Source: Kiritimatiellia bacterium (GTDB lineage Bacteria > Verrucomicrobiota > Kiritimatiellia > SLAD01). From it: 34,037 nucleotides of DNA. This document shows, in pieces, positions 1 to 9,407 of the stretch. The notes under the pieces are model-generated. The model did not search any database, was not told the origin of the DNA, and worked only from the letters and a program-made list of their open reading frames with translations. The first letter of the stretch is position 1, and every line of letters starts with the position of its first letter. The stretch spans positions 1 through 34,037 of the forward strand of contig SKLK01000273.1 in the NCBI GenBank assembly GCA_007123265.1. Direction: 5' to 3'. A program made the position numbers and the translations under genes.

Positions 1-76
1 ACCACGCAGATGGTGCAGTCGGCGCACTAGTGTTGGTCTTTCCCGCGTTCAGCCACACCGTCGCGGCTCCTCAACG

Positions 77-2308
77 TTATAGAAGGGACAGCGCGTCGAC
101 GTCGATGGCATACGAGACCGACTTCGGCCATTTGATACCGTTCAAGACCTCGCGTAGGGGTTCCACCGCAGCCTTGACCCTGCGTGATCGTAATAGGATT
201 TGGTAGCGATAGACTCCCTTGATGCGCGCCAAGGGAGCGGGCGTACCGCCACTGCAACGAATCGCCGGGTCCAGCTTTGGTTTCAGTCGACTCACCACTA
301 GCTCACAGAGTTGGGCCACAGCTCCTTCGTCGGCTCCGCGCAGGGTTACAGAAATCACATGAGCGAAGGGCGGATAATCGAGTTCCCGGCGAAACTCGAT
401 TTCCTGATCGAAAAACCGCTCGTAATCCAGCGCCCGCGCCGCCTGAATGGCAGGATGAAACGGCGTGAACGTTTGGACGATGACTTCGCCCGACACATCG
501 CCACGGCCGGCCCGGCCGGCCACTTGTGTAATCAATTGAAACGTGCGCTCCCCGGCTCGAAAATCGGGGAGGTGCAGCCCCATATCCGCATTGATCACGC
601 CCACCAGTGTCACGTTGGGGAAGTCCAGCCCCTTGGCAATCATCTGCGTACCCAACAAGATATCGATATCACCAGCCCGGAATGCGCCCAACAACTCGCC
701 ATACGCCTCTTTTCGAGTTGTCGTATCCGCATCCATTCGTTTGATTCGCGCATGCCCGAAGCAGGCGGCTACGGCTTCCTCAACGCGTTGCGTCCCCAGC
801 CCCGCATAGCGAAAGGCGGGATCCCGGCAGTCTTGATTGGGGCAAACCGAGGGTACGGATCGACAGGCGCCGCACAGATGACAGCGCAACTCATGGGTGG
901 CCTTGTGGTAGGTCATCGACACGCTGCATGCCTCACATTCCGCGACATATCCGCAGCGCGGGCAGACCAAAGACGTGGCAAAGCCACGTCGATTCAGAAA
1001 GAGTATGGTTTGTTCTCCACGTTCCAGGCGGACGGCGATCGCCTCCATTAATGCCCGGGACAGGACATTAAGTCGTCCCTCCCGTTCCATTTCCACGCGC
1101 ATATCCACGACTTGTATGACGGGCATTTCGCGGTGATCCACCCGCGCCGGCATCGCGGCAAGCGCGTATTTTCCCGTGCGCGCGTTGTGAATCGATTCCA
1201 ACGAGGGTGTAGCCGATCCCAAGACCACCGCGCATCCTTCCAGCTTGCCCCGGACGACCGCCACATCGCGCGCGTGGTAGCGCGGAGCTTCTTCTTGCTT
1301 ATAGCTGTTTTCATGCTCTTCATCGACAATGATCAATCCGAGCGGCTCGACCGGTGCGAAAAGTGCCGAGCGGGCGCCGATCACGATGCGGGCACGACCG
1401 TTGCGTATGCGGTGCCATTCATCATGCCGTTCCCCGCCCGACAAGTGACTGTGCAACACGGCGACGATATCACCGAAGCGCGCGCGAAAGCGTTCGACAG
1501 TCTGCGGCGTCAGCGCAATTTCCGGGACCAGGACCAAGGCCCCCTGCCCCGCGTCCAGCACCTCTTGCAAGGCCTGTAAATACACTTCTGTTTTGCCGCT
1601 ACCCGTCACGCCGAACAGCAGGACAACTCCCGGATCCGATTGATGCCGGGCCGCACTAATCCGCTTCAACGCCGCGGCCTGTTGGGTCATCAGCGGCAGG
1701 GGTTGGGTCGGAACGACGTGATACTTTTCGAACGGATCCCGATTTACCTGTCGTTTCTCAATTCGGATCCACCCCTTCTTTTCCATTGCCCGCACGACCG
1801 CCAGCGTCGCCCCGGTTTCCTGCGTTAAACGTGGCAAGGCAACCACGGGCTCACGTTCCATGAAATCAAGCACCAAGGCCTGTTTAGCGGCTCGTTTTCG
1901 CCATGCGGGATCGCTGTTCACTGGCGCGTCAGTGACGCGATGGATGTAGGGAATCGCTTTGAACGCGCGCTTCACGCGCCGTACATCGCTGGGCAAAATG
2001 GTGCGGACCACCACTTCAAAGGGCGCGGCATAATACGACGACATCCAGCGCGCCAGCCGCATCACCGACGGGGTTATCAACGGGCCATCCCCCACCACTC
2101 GCCGAATCGGTTTGAGTCGGGCCACCGAGGCCTGCTCGGGCAAGCTCACCACATACCCGGTCACCTGCCGGGCCCCAAACGGGACCACCACTTGAACACC
2201 GGGCACCACCGCCGACCGTAGCGGCGCTGGAATGCTATAGTCGAACTCGCGGTCCAGCGAAAGTTCGACGATAACGCGGGCGATACCGCCTTTCACCTCA
2301 CTCACCAA
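77..2308 (-). CDS. priA: Primosomal protein N' (replication restart helicase)
   Basis: N-terminal FDYSIP...VVVPFG 3'-DNA-binding domain, Walker [22 protein letters not shown], four Cys pairs (CPRC, CEAC, CHLC, CPNQDC), [20 protein letters not shown] and C-terminal IDVDA. The true start may be a GTG at 2305 or 2296. Confidence 0.97.
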   Translation of the reverse strand: MVSEVKGGIARVIVELSLDREFDYSIPAPLRSAVVPGVQVVVPFGARQVTGYVVSLPEQASVARLKPIRRVVGDGPLITPSVMRLARWMSSYYAAPFEVVVRTILPSDVRRVKRAFKAIPYIHRVTDAPVNSDPAWRKRAAKQALVLDFMEREPVVALPRLTQETGATLAVVRAMEKKGWIRIEKRQVNRDPFEKYHVVPTQPLPLMTQQAAALKRISAARHQSDPGVVLLFGVTGSGKTEVYLQALQEVLDAGQGALVLVPEIALTPQTVERFRARFGDIVAVLHSHLSGGERHDEWHRIRNGRARIVIGARSALFAPVEPLGLIIVDEEHENSYKQEEAPRYHARDVAVVRGKLEGCAVVLGSATPSLESIHNARTGKYALAAMPARVDHREMPVIQVVDMRVEMEREGRLNVLSRALMEAIAVRLERGEQTILFLNRRGFATSLVCPRCGYVAECEACSVSMTYHKATHELRCHLCGACRSVPSVCPNQDCRDPAFRYAGLGTQRVEEAVAACFGHARIKRMDADTTTRKEAYGELLGAFRAGDIDILLGTQMIAKGLDFPNVTLVGVINADMGLHLPDFRAGERTFQLITQVAGRAGRGDVSGEVIVQTFTPFHPAIQAARALDYERFFDQEIEFRRELDYPPFAHVISVTLRGADEGAVAQLCELVVSRLKPKLDPAIRCSGGTPAPLARIKGVYRYQILLRSRRVKAAVEPLREVLNGIKWPKSVSYAIDVDALSLL

Positions 2309-2714
2309 TCACCTTAATCAGGGCGCGCTTCTTTCGCTTACCATCCAATTCATAGTAGAAGATTTGTTCCCAGGGCCCGAAATCCAGTTCCCCTGCGGTT
2401 ATCGCCACCACCACCTCCCGCCCCATGATGGTCCGCTTCAAATGTGCGTCGGCATTATCTTCATACCCATTGTGGGCATACTGCTCGTAGGGCTTTTCGG
2501 GGGCCAATTTTTCCAGCCATTTCTCGTAATCCGCGTGCAATCCACTCTCGTCATCATTGATAAATACGCTCGCCGTGATATGCATGGCGTTAACGAGAAC
2601 AAGCCCCTCACGGACACCACTTTCTGTCACCGATGCCTGTACGTCCCGGGTGATATTGACCAATCCGCGTCGGGCCGGCACCTCAAACCACAGCTCTTTG
2701 CGCAACGTTTTCAT
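2298..2714 (-). CDS. yjbQ: YjbQ/UPF0047 family protein (secondary thiamine-phosphate synthase enzyme family)
   Basis: Motifs [20 protein letters not shown] and [21 protein letters not shown] upstream. The stop abuts or overlaps the priA start. Confidence 0.93.
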   Translation of the reverse strand: MKTLRKELWFEVPARRGLVNITRDVQASVTESGVREGLVLVNAMHITASVFINDDESGLHADYEKWLEKLAPEKPYEQYAHNGYEDNADAHLKRTIMGREVVVAITAGELDFGPWEQIFYYELDGKRKKRALIKVIGE

Positions 2715-2769
2715 CTAGCCGCTCCTCTTTTTGTTTTCCTATCCGCCCTAACATGACAAACTGCCCGGC

Positions 2770-2797
2770 ATGATAGCACCGCGCACGCCTGATTCAA
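2770..2797 (-). promoter_or_regulatory. Putative sigma70-type promoter for yjbQ-priA
   Basis: Minus strand TTGAAT-16 bp-TATCAT with an extended -10 (TGC immediately before TATCAT), about 55 bp upstream of the yjbQ ATG. It lies over the first codons of the divergent helicase ORF. Confidence 0.4.
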
Positions 2798-4800
2798 ACC
2801 CTTCAGCCAGTCTGGACATCCGAGCGGACGTCGATCGCTTTTTTAGCCCGGGCGGCGAACTGGCGCGTGCGCGGCAAAACGCCACGCACCCCTTCGAATA
2901 TCGTCCCCAACAACAGCAGATGGCGGGTGAAGTCGCCGCCGCAATCGAGCGTCAGCAGCATTTGGCCATCGAGGCGGGTACCGGCGTGGGCAAGAGTTTC
3001 GCCTACTTGGTTCCGCTGATTCTGGCGGCGGTACAACAAAAGATCCAAGTCGTCGTTTCGACCTATACGATCAGCCTACAGGAACAGTTGATGTATAAGG
3101 ACATTCCATTTCTCCAGCAACATTTGGGCGTCGATTTCAAAGCGGTGCTGGTCAAGGGCCGCACCAACTACCTGTGCCTGCGGCGTCTGGCCCGCACGCG
3201 CATGCTTGAAGGGGACCTGTTCAAGGCCGGGAAAGCCCAGGAATTGGATGCCATTCAGGCGTGGGCCGATACCACAGCCGAGGGCAGCCTGCAGGACATG
3301 GACCAACAACCGTCCGCCGATATTTGGAGCTCGGTCTGCTGCGAACATGGTAACTGTCTTTGGCAGAAATGCCCTGAATACAAACCCTGTTTTCTGATGC
3401 GGGCGCGGGCGGAGGCGCAAGACGCGCATCTCCTGATTGTGAATCATCATTTGCTCTTTTCGGACCTAGCCATGCGTGTCGTTGGCGGCTCGTTCCTGCC
3501 CGATTACCGCTACCTGGTGATTGACGAGGCCCATCAAATGGAGGCGGTGGCCTCCGACCATTTGGGCCTGCGCCTGTCGCAGTACATGTTCGAGCATTGG
3601 CTGCGGCGGCTCTATATCCCCGATAGCAAGAAGGGATTGCTCAGCTATTTGCGCAAGGGCGGCGAGCCGGTCCATTTAGCGACGGTCCTTTGGGACGAAG
3701 TGCTCGCCTTCTTCGTGGAGCTGGATCAATGGGCCGATTTTCAGCGGCGCGAACAGTCTCAGCGCGTCGTGGCCCGGCCTTTGACCCTGCGTTCACATGT
3801 GACGGACCATATGGACCGTTTAATTCGCGCGTTGAAGGTGGTGGCCGAAGACGTCCCGCAACAAGATGTCCACGCCGAGCTTCAATCATGCATTCGACGC
3901 GGGGAAGACATGCGTAATGCGCTGCATGCCTTCATTCATCAATCCTGTGAAGACCACGTCTATTGGGTTGAACAGCAAGGGCAACGGCGACGGCAGGTGG
4001 TTTGCTATGCGGCACCGATTGAAGTGGGCCCGGCCCTGCGGGCTTCTTTATTCGACGAGGTGCCCTGTGTCGTTATGACGAGCGCCACCTTGTCGGTGAA
4101 TCAATCCCTCGACTATTTCACGCAGCGCGTCGGGGCTGAGCCTTGCCCGTCGGTACGTGTCGGGTCCCCGTTCGATTACGAGCGCCAAATGCGCATTCTC
4201 ATCCCTCGAAACATGCCGGACCCCAATGATGCCGAAGCCTTCGTACCGGCTTGTATCCAAGCCATTCAACGCTACACCCAACAGACCAGCGGCCACGCGT
4301 TTGTGCTTTTCACCAGTGACCGGCTCATGCGGCAGGCTGCGGAAGGAACACGGGCGTTCTTCGCTGATGCATCGATACGTCTTCTGGTTCAAGGCGACGG
4401 CCTATCCCGGCATGCGATGCTGGAAGCCTTCAAACAAGAGCCAGGGTGTGTCTTGTTCGGGCTCGACAGCTTCTGGATGGGTGTGGATGTCCCCGGCGAT
4501 GCCCTGCGCAACGTGATTATCACCCGCCTCCCCTTCGCCGTTCCGGATCAGCCTTTGATTAAAGCGCGAATGGATCGGATCCGCGAAAAGGGGGGGGAAC
4601 CGTTTATGGAGTATTCGTTGCCAGAAGCGATTCTCAAATTCAGACAGGGCGTCGGCCGCCTGATCCGTACCGGAACCGACGAGGGCGTGGTGGTGGTGCT
4701 CGACCGACGCATTATTCAAAAGCGGTATGGCCGCTTGTTTCTCAAGTCGATCCCCTCCTGCCCCGTGGAAATCATTGAAGATGAATCCGGCGCGGGTTAA
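2770..4800 (+). CDS. DinG/YoaA family Fe-S ATP-dependent DNA helicase (no N-terminal exonuclease domain)
   Basis: Q motif RPQQ, Walker A AGTGVGKS, KGRTNYLC, Cys cluster CCEHGNC...CPEYKPC, NHHLL, DEAH, TSATL, FWMGVDVPG and QGVGRLIR. Confidence 0.93.
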   Translation: MIAPRTPDSNPSASLDIRADVDRFFSPGGELARARQNATHPFEYRPQQQQMAGEVAAAIERQQHLAIEAGTGVGKSFAYLVPLILAAVQQKIQVVVSTYTISLQEQLMYKDIPFLQQHLGVDFKAVLVKGRTNYLCLRRLARTRMLEGDLFKAGKAQELDAIQAWADTTAEGSLQDMDQQPSADIWSSVCCEHGNCLWQKCPEYKPCFLMRARAEAQDAHLLIVNHHLLFSDLAMRVVGGSFLPDYRYLVIDEAHQMEAVASDHLGLRLSQYMFEHWLRRLYIPDSKKGLLSYLRKGGEPVHLATVLWDEVLAFFVELDQWADFQRREQSQRVVARPLTLRSHVTDHMDRLIRALKVVAEDVPQQDVHAELQSCIRRGEDMRNALHAFIHQSCEDHVYWVEQQGQRRRQVVCYAAPIEVGPALRASLFDEVPCVVMTSATLSVNQSLDYFTQRVGAEPCPSVRVGSPFDYERQMRILIPRNMPDPNDAEAFVPACIQAIQRYTQQTSGHAFVLFTSDRLMRQAAEGTRAFFADASIRLLVQGDGLSRHAMLEAFKQEPGCVLFGLDSFWMGVDVPGDALRNVIITRLPFAVPDQPLIKARMDRIREKGGEPFMEYSLPEAILKFRQGVGRLIRTGTDEGVVVVLDRRIIQKRYGRLFLKSIPSCPVEIIEDESGAG

Positions 4801-4803
4801 TGA

Positions 4804-4832
4804 TTGAAAAAGACCATCCATTCAGGAATACT
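4804..4832 (+). promoter_or_regulatory. Possible sigma70-type promoter for the beta-barrel gene
   Basis: TTGAAA (4804-4809), 17 bp, AATACT (4827-4832). A GGAGA RBS precedes the ATG at 4872. Confidence 0.3.
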
Positions 4833-4871
4833 CACCAGCGTCGACGTCGACGAGGAACGAGGAGATAAAAC

Positions 4872-5528
4872 ATGCAGCGGATAAAAGCAGTATTCATTTC
4901 AATGGCCCTATTGGCCTATGCCGGCCAAGCTATGGCGGACATGTACTTTGATGCCGGTGTCAAATTATGGTATGCGGAGCCCAAGGTGACCGGACGGGCG
5001 CTCATGTACGGGCCTTCAGCCGTGCTTAGTGTGGATGATCTTTATTGGGCTCGGGGCTTCTACCTCTATGGCGACTACGACTATGTGCGCGATCGGGCAA
5101 CACGTGAAGTACAGGATTTCAGCAGTTACGACGCCGAGTTGTCCGGCGGCATCAATCTGGGTATCTTCCACGTTGGGGGCGGGATTCGCTGGGCGTCTGT
5201 CGTGATTGAGACGGAAGCGGACGAGGAAGCCGAAGAGGCTCGCCGCATTCGCACGCCCCAGTCCTACGGCCCGGTGATTATCGCGGGGCTATCGCAATCA
5301 TTTGCCGAGCCGCCCTGGGGATTCACCGGCAGCGCGTGGGGCTGGTATGCCGGCACGTCCTGGATGTTCTATGATGTCAAGAACGACAAAGGAGAACACA
5401 TCAACTTTGAAGCCGGCATCACCCATATGTCGGCGGGGATCTACAAGAGTTTGGGCTATCGCTTTAAGCACACCTTCGATCACGAGCGCATGGAAGGCTT
5501 CATGGCCACCATTATGTTCGAGTTTTAG
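4872..5528 (+). CDS. Hypothetical outer-membrane beta-barrel protein
   Basis: Sec signal peptide ending AMA, alternating aromatic/Gly amphipathic strands, C-terminal FMATIMFEF with terminal Phe (BAM beta-signal-like), GGAGA RBS. Confidence 0.7.
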   Translation: MQRIKAVFISMALLAYAGQAMADMYFDAGVKLWYAEPKVTGRALMYGPSAVLSVDDLYWARGFYLYGDYDYVRDRATREVQDFSSYDAELSGGINLGIFHVGGGIRWASVVIETEADEEAEEARRIRTPQSYGPVIIAGLSQSFAEPPWGFTGSAWGWYAGTSWMFYDVKNDKGEHINFEAGITHMSAGIYKSLGYRFKHTFDHERMEGFMATIMFEF

Positions 5529-5543
5529 CGTCGGGGGAAGGGA

Positions 5544-6650
5544 CTAAGGCGTTTCGCTCAACTGCACAATGAGGTCTTCGAACGCGGATTCACCACGCAA
5601 GGGATCGAACACCCGGCGGCTCATCCAAGCCAGGGCGTGACGAGGATCCACCTGATCCACCGCCCGGGTCAACGCAGCCATGGCCTCCCGATGTTGTCCC
5701 GCTTGCGTATGCGCTTTGGCGAGCTGGAAAAGAAGCTCCGGAGTGGCGGGCATGACACGGTCTGCACGCGTCAACAGATAGGCCGCTTGCTCCCAGTGCT
5801 GTCCGTCCGCCAAAAGGGACGCTAGAGAAATCATCGGTTGCAGGTGCCGGGGTTCGAGTCCCGCATAGATTTCGAATGCGCGCAAGGCCTCGGCGGGGCG
5901 GTTTTGTTCGGCATACACCAGCGCCATATTGAACTGGGCTTGCGGATAATCGGTCTGGGCCTCGATCGCGGCGCGAAATTCCTTTTCGGCCTTTTCCAGA
6001 TTGCCTATCCGCAAATAAATCACACCCAGATTATTCGCCGATGCAGGAGACAGTGGCTCCTGTTCGCGCGCTTGCTCAAACGCAGCGGCGGCCTGCTGGT
6101 ATGCACCTGCGTCCATGTGAATAGCGGCCATTAGCGGATAGACCCCGCGCAATTGGGGGAAAATATCCAAGGCCGCTTGATAATGGTGCAGCGAGGCTTC
6201 CGTATCTTGCGTCCGTTGCGCCTGCTCGGCCTGCAGCAGATGGTAGGTGGCTCGCTTGAGCCATTCCCGGTGCCAAGGGTCACCGGTGGGGACCCGCTCT
6301 TGCTGAGAAGGGTGGTCCGTCAACAAGTCCAACAGGCCGGCATACCGCGCATCAACAGGTGGCCTCCCGGAACGTTGGACATCGACAGCACCGATCATCG
6401 GCGGAGACGTCTCAAAGCGAGCCCCATCCACCGGCTGATCGTCCGCCATTCGCGCCTGTTGAAATGAAACCACAATCACCAGCCCCACGATGGCTAACCC
6501 AAGCAGCGCGGTAAACACGTTCTGCAAACGCTGTCGCCGAAGCGACATGAGCCACACATTATCCGGAGGCGACTTCGACGGATCTGCGCCTGTTTGTAGC
6601 GGAGACGCCGGTTTCGATGAACGGGTCGTATAGATGTCATTGCGTGTCAT
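5544..6650 (-). CDS. Membrane-anchored tetratricopeptide repeat protein
   Basis: One TM helix (VFTALLGLAIVGLVIVVSF) followed by multiple TPRs (ANNLGVIYLRIG, AQFNMALVY). Start placed at ATG 6650, which forms an ATGA overlap with the upstream stop; the ORF track starts at 6662. Confidence 0.85.
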   Translation of the reverse strand: MTRNDIYTTRSSKPASPLQTGADPSKSPPDNVWLMSLRRQRLQNVFTALLGLAIVGLVIVVSFQQARMADDQPVDGARFETSPPMIGAVDVQRSGRPPVDARYAGLLDLLTDHPSQQERVPTGDPWHREWLKRATYHLLQAEQAQRTQDTEASLHHYQAALDIFPQLRGVYPLMAAIHMDAGAYQQAAAAFEQAREQEPLSPASANNLGVIYLRIGNLEKAEKEFRAAIEAQTDYPQAQFNMALVYAEQNRPAEALRAFEIYAGLEPRHLQPMISLASLLADGQHWEQAAYLLTRADRVMPATPELLFQLAKAHTQAGQHREAMAALTRAVDQVDPRHALAWMSRRVFDPLRGESAFEDLIVQLSETP

Positions 6651-7912
6651 GGTGGGGCCCATCCCCGATCCGACACATTCGGATCCTGACCTCGCGAGGC
6701 CATCGGTTGCACCTCTGCCGATACGGGATCGGTGACCACGTCCGGTGTAATGGCCGCTTCCCCGCCCATTATTTCGCGGGCCCGCTCCGCCAGTGTGGCT
6801 TCGAATTGACGGGCGATCTCAGTAAGCCGGATGGACCGGAAGGCCGGCTGCTGGAGCAAGCGATACACCACATCCGGTGCCGTCAAGTCCTCGAGCCGAT
6901 CCAAATAGCGAATCACTTCATCGATCCGCCCCATCAACGCCGTAACGGCTGCCGCGTCCACATAGAGTGATGCCCAGTCGGGCGCCACCTGAATCGCCTT
7001 TTGCAAGTGTGTCAGCGCCCCCCCATAGTCGCCCCGAGAAGCAACCAGATAGGCTTTTTCCTTCAATGCTTGCGGATTATCCGGCTGTAGCCGCAGGAAC
7101 CGGTCCAATTCCTCCTCGGCCCGGGCTTCATTGCCTTGGGCGAAATAACACAGAGACAAATTGAAGTGGGCAGGGGCAAAATCCGGATTCAAATCCAAAA
7201 TCGTATTAAACAAATCCCGGGCTTGGGCAATCCGGTTCTGATACAGCAACGCGACACCCAAATCATTGAGCCACTCGGCATTGCCCGGATCCGTTTCCAA
7301 CGCCCGTTCCAGGGCCACCTCGGCCCGGCTATAATCACCCAATTGCAGGTAGATTTGGCCCAACTCGGACCAGCCTTGGGTCAAGTGCGGCCATATTTCC
7401 AAGGCCTCTTTAAGCCGTACCAACGCCTCTTCGATATTGCCCACTGTCAATAATGCCGACGCGCGACGCTGCATAAGTATGGCCCGCCGCATCGCATCCG
7501 TGTCCAGTTCCGTTCGCACGCGGGCCCCGCCCGCTCCATCGGTCTGCTCATCCACCATCACGCCCAGACCAGGCGCGGGTTCGGTCGGGGGCGGAGGGGG
7601 GGACTGTACTTGTCGCGCCCGTGCCATGTGCCGTTGCCACGCCTGTCCGGTGATATAAATGGAGAGGAAAAGCAGACCAAACATCACCATCACGACCAAG
7701 GCAAACGTGCGGATATGGGAAATAAGGATCGCGTGGTGCAACGTCCCGGACCGGCGCCCCGCCTTGTCCCTAGTGGTCTTACGCCCAGCGTTAGCGGATG
7801 TCGGGGTACGCTGTTTGATGCCGGATACCTGACGGAGATACACCGACCCAGCCAGTGCAGCCTGTTTATCTTCACTGATAAACGGTCGTTCTTTACGTTC
7901 CGGATTCACCAT
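6647..7912 (-). CDS. Membrane-anchored tetratricopeptide repeat protein
   Basis: Basic N-terminal segment, a TM helix (FALVVMVMFGLLFLSIYI), a poly-Pro linker, then about six TPRs (WSELGQIYLQLG, LNDLGVALL, AHFNLSLCY). Confidence 0.88.
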   Translation of the reverse strand: MVNPERKERPFISEDKQAALAGSVYLRQVSGIKQRTPTSANAGRKTTRDKAGRRSGTLHHAILISHIRTFALVVMVMFGLLFLSIYITGQAWQRHMARARQVQSPPPPPTEPAPGLGVMVDEQTDGAGGARVRTELDTDAMRRAILMQRRASALLTVGNIEEALVRLKEALEIWPHLTQGWSELGQIYLQLGDYSRAEVALERALETDPGNAEWLNDLGVALLYQNRIAQARDLFNTILDLNPDFAPAHFNLSLCYFAQGNEARAEEELDRFLRLQPDNPQALKEKAYLVASRGDYGGALTHLQKAIQVAPDWASLYVDAAAVTALMGRIDEVIRYLDRLEDLTAPDVVYRLLQQPAFRSIRLTEIARQFEATLAERAREIMGGEAAITPDVVTDPVSAEVQPMASRGQDPNVSDRGWAPP

Positions 7913-7934
7913 AGTATCTATTCCTCACGGTCTC

Positions 7935-7986
7935 ACTGTACCGCGTCGGCAAGTCAGTTGCAAAGCATCGTTTTTTAGGCTATAGT
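7935..7986. promoter_or_regulatory. Divergent sigma70-type promoter pair sharing a palindromic -35 (TTGCAA)
   Basis: TTGCAA at 7958-7963. The plus-strand -10 TATAGT (7981-7986) and the minus-strand -10 TACAGT (7940-7935) are each exactly 17 bp from it. Confidence 0.6.
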
Positions 7987-8043
7987 CCCTCCGACGCTAG
8001 CGATTCTGAGAGAGGTTTCTGGGTGCATTCAAGCGAGGAAGTT

Positions 8044-9363
8044 ATGCCATCACGTTGGATTGGGCGAAGTTTAAGTTGGGTATTTCTGGCCGCTCTGCTG
8101 ATCGGGAATTTGGTCATCGGAGCGCGGTTATACTCCGAAGAGGCTGCCAAAGAAGATCAGGACACGGTTTATGACCACATGAACCTGTTCACCACCGCGC
8201 TGGAGCAAATCCGCCGCAACTATGTCGACGCAGAAAAGACTGATTATCAGTCTCTCATCTATGGCGCCCTCAAGGGGATGCTGCAATCCCTCGACTCGCA
8301 CAGTGATTTTTTGGATCCGGAGATGTTTACCGACATGAAGGACGATACCTCCGGCCACTTTGGCGGGCTCGGCATCGTCATCAGCATGCGGAACAATATC
8401 CTCACCATTGTTGCCCCGATGGAAGACACTCCCGGATCCCGGGCAGGTCTGCTTTCTGGCGACCATATCGTGGAAATTGACGGGGAATCCACAGAAGGGC
8501 TGTCGCTGCAACAAGCGGTGCGCAAGCTCCGCGGTCCACCCGATACCGATGTTGATATCAAGATACTCCGCCCTTCAACCTCGGAGATCAAGGAGCACAC
8601 GATTACCCGTGCCATTATCGCGATCGAGAGCGTCAAAGATGCCCGGCTCATCAACGACCAAATTGGGTATGTACGCATTACCCAGTTCAACAACCCAACC
8701 AGCGCGGATCTGAAGAGCGCCCTGCGGGATCTTAAGGATCAAGGCATGAAAGGCTTAATCTTGGATCTGCGCAATAATCCAGGCGGTCTATTGAGTTCGG
8801 CCATTGAGGTGGCCCAACAGTTTGTTCGTCGCGGAGACTTGATCGTTTATACTCAAGGCCGGGACGGGCGCCGGGGCCAACGGTATACGGCGCGCGAACG
8901 AAATCCGTTCTTGGATTTTCCCATGGTCGTACTGATCAATGAAGGCAGCGCCAGCGCTTCGGAAATCGTTGCCGGCGCACTCCAAGATCATCGTCGCGCC
9001 ATCCTGATTGGCGAAAAGACCTTTGGCAAGGGTTCGGTGCAAAGCATTTTGCCCTTGGATGACGGGTCCGCCTTGCGGATCACCACCGCCCAATACTATA
9101 CCCCGCAGGAACGCGTTATTGATGAACGGGGTATCGAGCCGGACATTGTCGTCTCGATTGCGCCCGAAGATTGGCGGCGGCTGTTGATCAAACGCTCACG
9201 ACCGGAGAATGCGGATGACTTTGATGATGACGAGGATTTAGAGGATGTCATCGATATCCAATTGGAGCGCGCCGTGGATGTGTTGAAAGGCATTATGATT
9301 TTTGAGGCGAACAGTGGCGACGTCCCGAATCCAGGGCGCCGTTTGGCGGCTTCAAGGCGCTGA
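8044..9363 (+). CDS. ctpA: S41 family carboxy-terminal processing protease (CtpA/Prc type)
   Basis: N-terminal hydrophobic anchor, GALKGMLQSLDSHS, PDZ FGGLGI, LDLRNNPGGLL, catalytic Ser in SASASEIVAGALQD, Lys in TFGKGSVQ, GIEPD. Start placed at ATG 8044; the ORF track uses GTG 8023. Confidence 0.95.
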   Translation: MPSRWIGRSLSWVFLAALLIGNLVIGARLYSEEAAKEDQDTVYDHMNLFTTALEQIRRNYVDAEKTDYQSLIYGALKGMLQSLDSHSDFLDPEMFTDMKDDTSGHFGGLGIVISMRNNILTIVAPMEDTPGSRAGLLSGDHIVEIDGESTEGLSLQQAVRKLRGPPDTDVDIKILRPSTSEIKEHTITRAIIAIESVKDARLINDQIGYVRITQFNNPTSADLKSALRDLKDQGMKGLILDLRNNPGGLLSSAIEVAQQFVRRGDLIVYTQGRDGRRGQRYTARERNPFLDFPMVVLINEGSASASEIVAGALQDHRRAILIGEKTFGKGSVQSILPLDDGSALRITTAQYYTPQERVIDERGIEPDIVVSIAPEDWRRLLIKRSRPENADDFDDDEDLEDVIDIQLERAVDVLKGIMIFEANSGDVPNPGRRLAASRR

Positions 9364-9407
9364 CACTCGTATGCCTTGCGTCCAGAACCGTTTAGGCCAT
9401 TGACCTG

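Noticed and set aside
1-72. Start of a further minus-strand gene (GAGGAG, then GTG at 58, open to the window edge)
   Set aside because: Only 19 codons are visible, so it cannot be supported or distinguished from the end of a convergent plus-strand gene.
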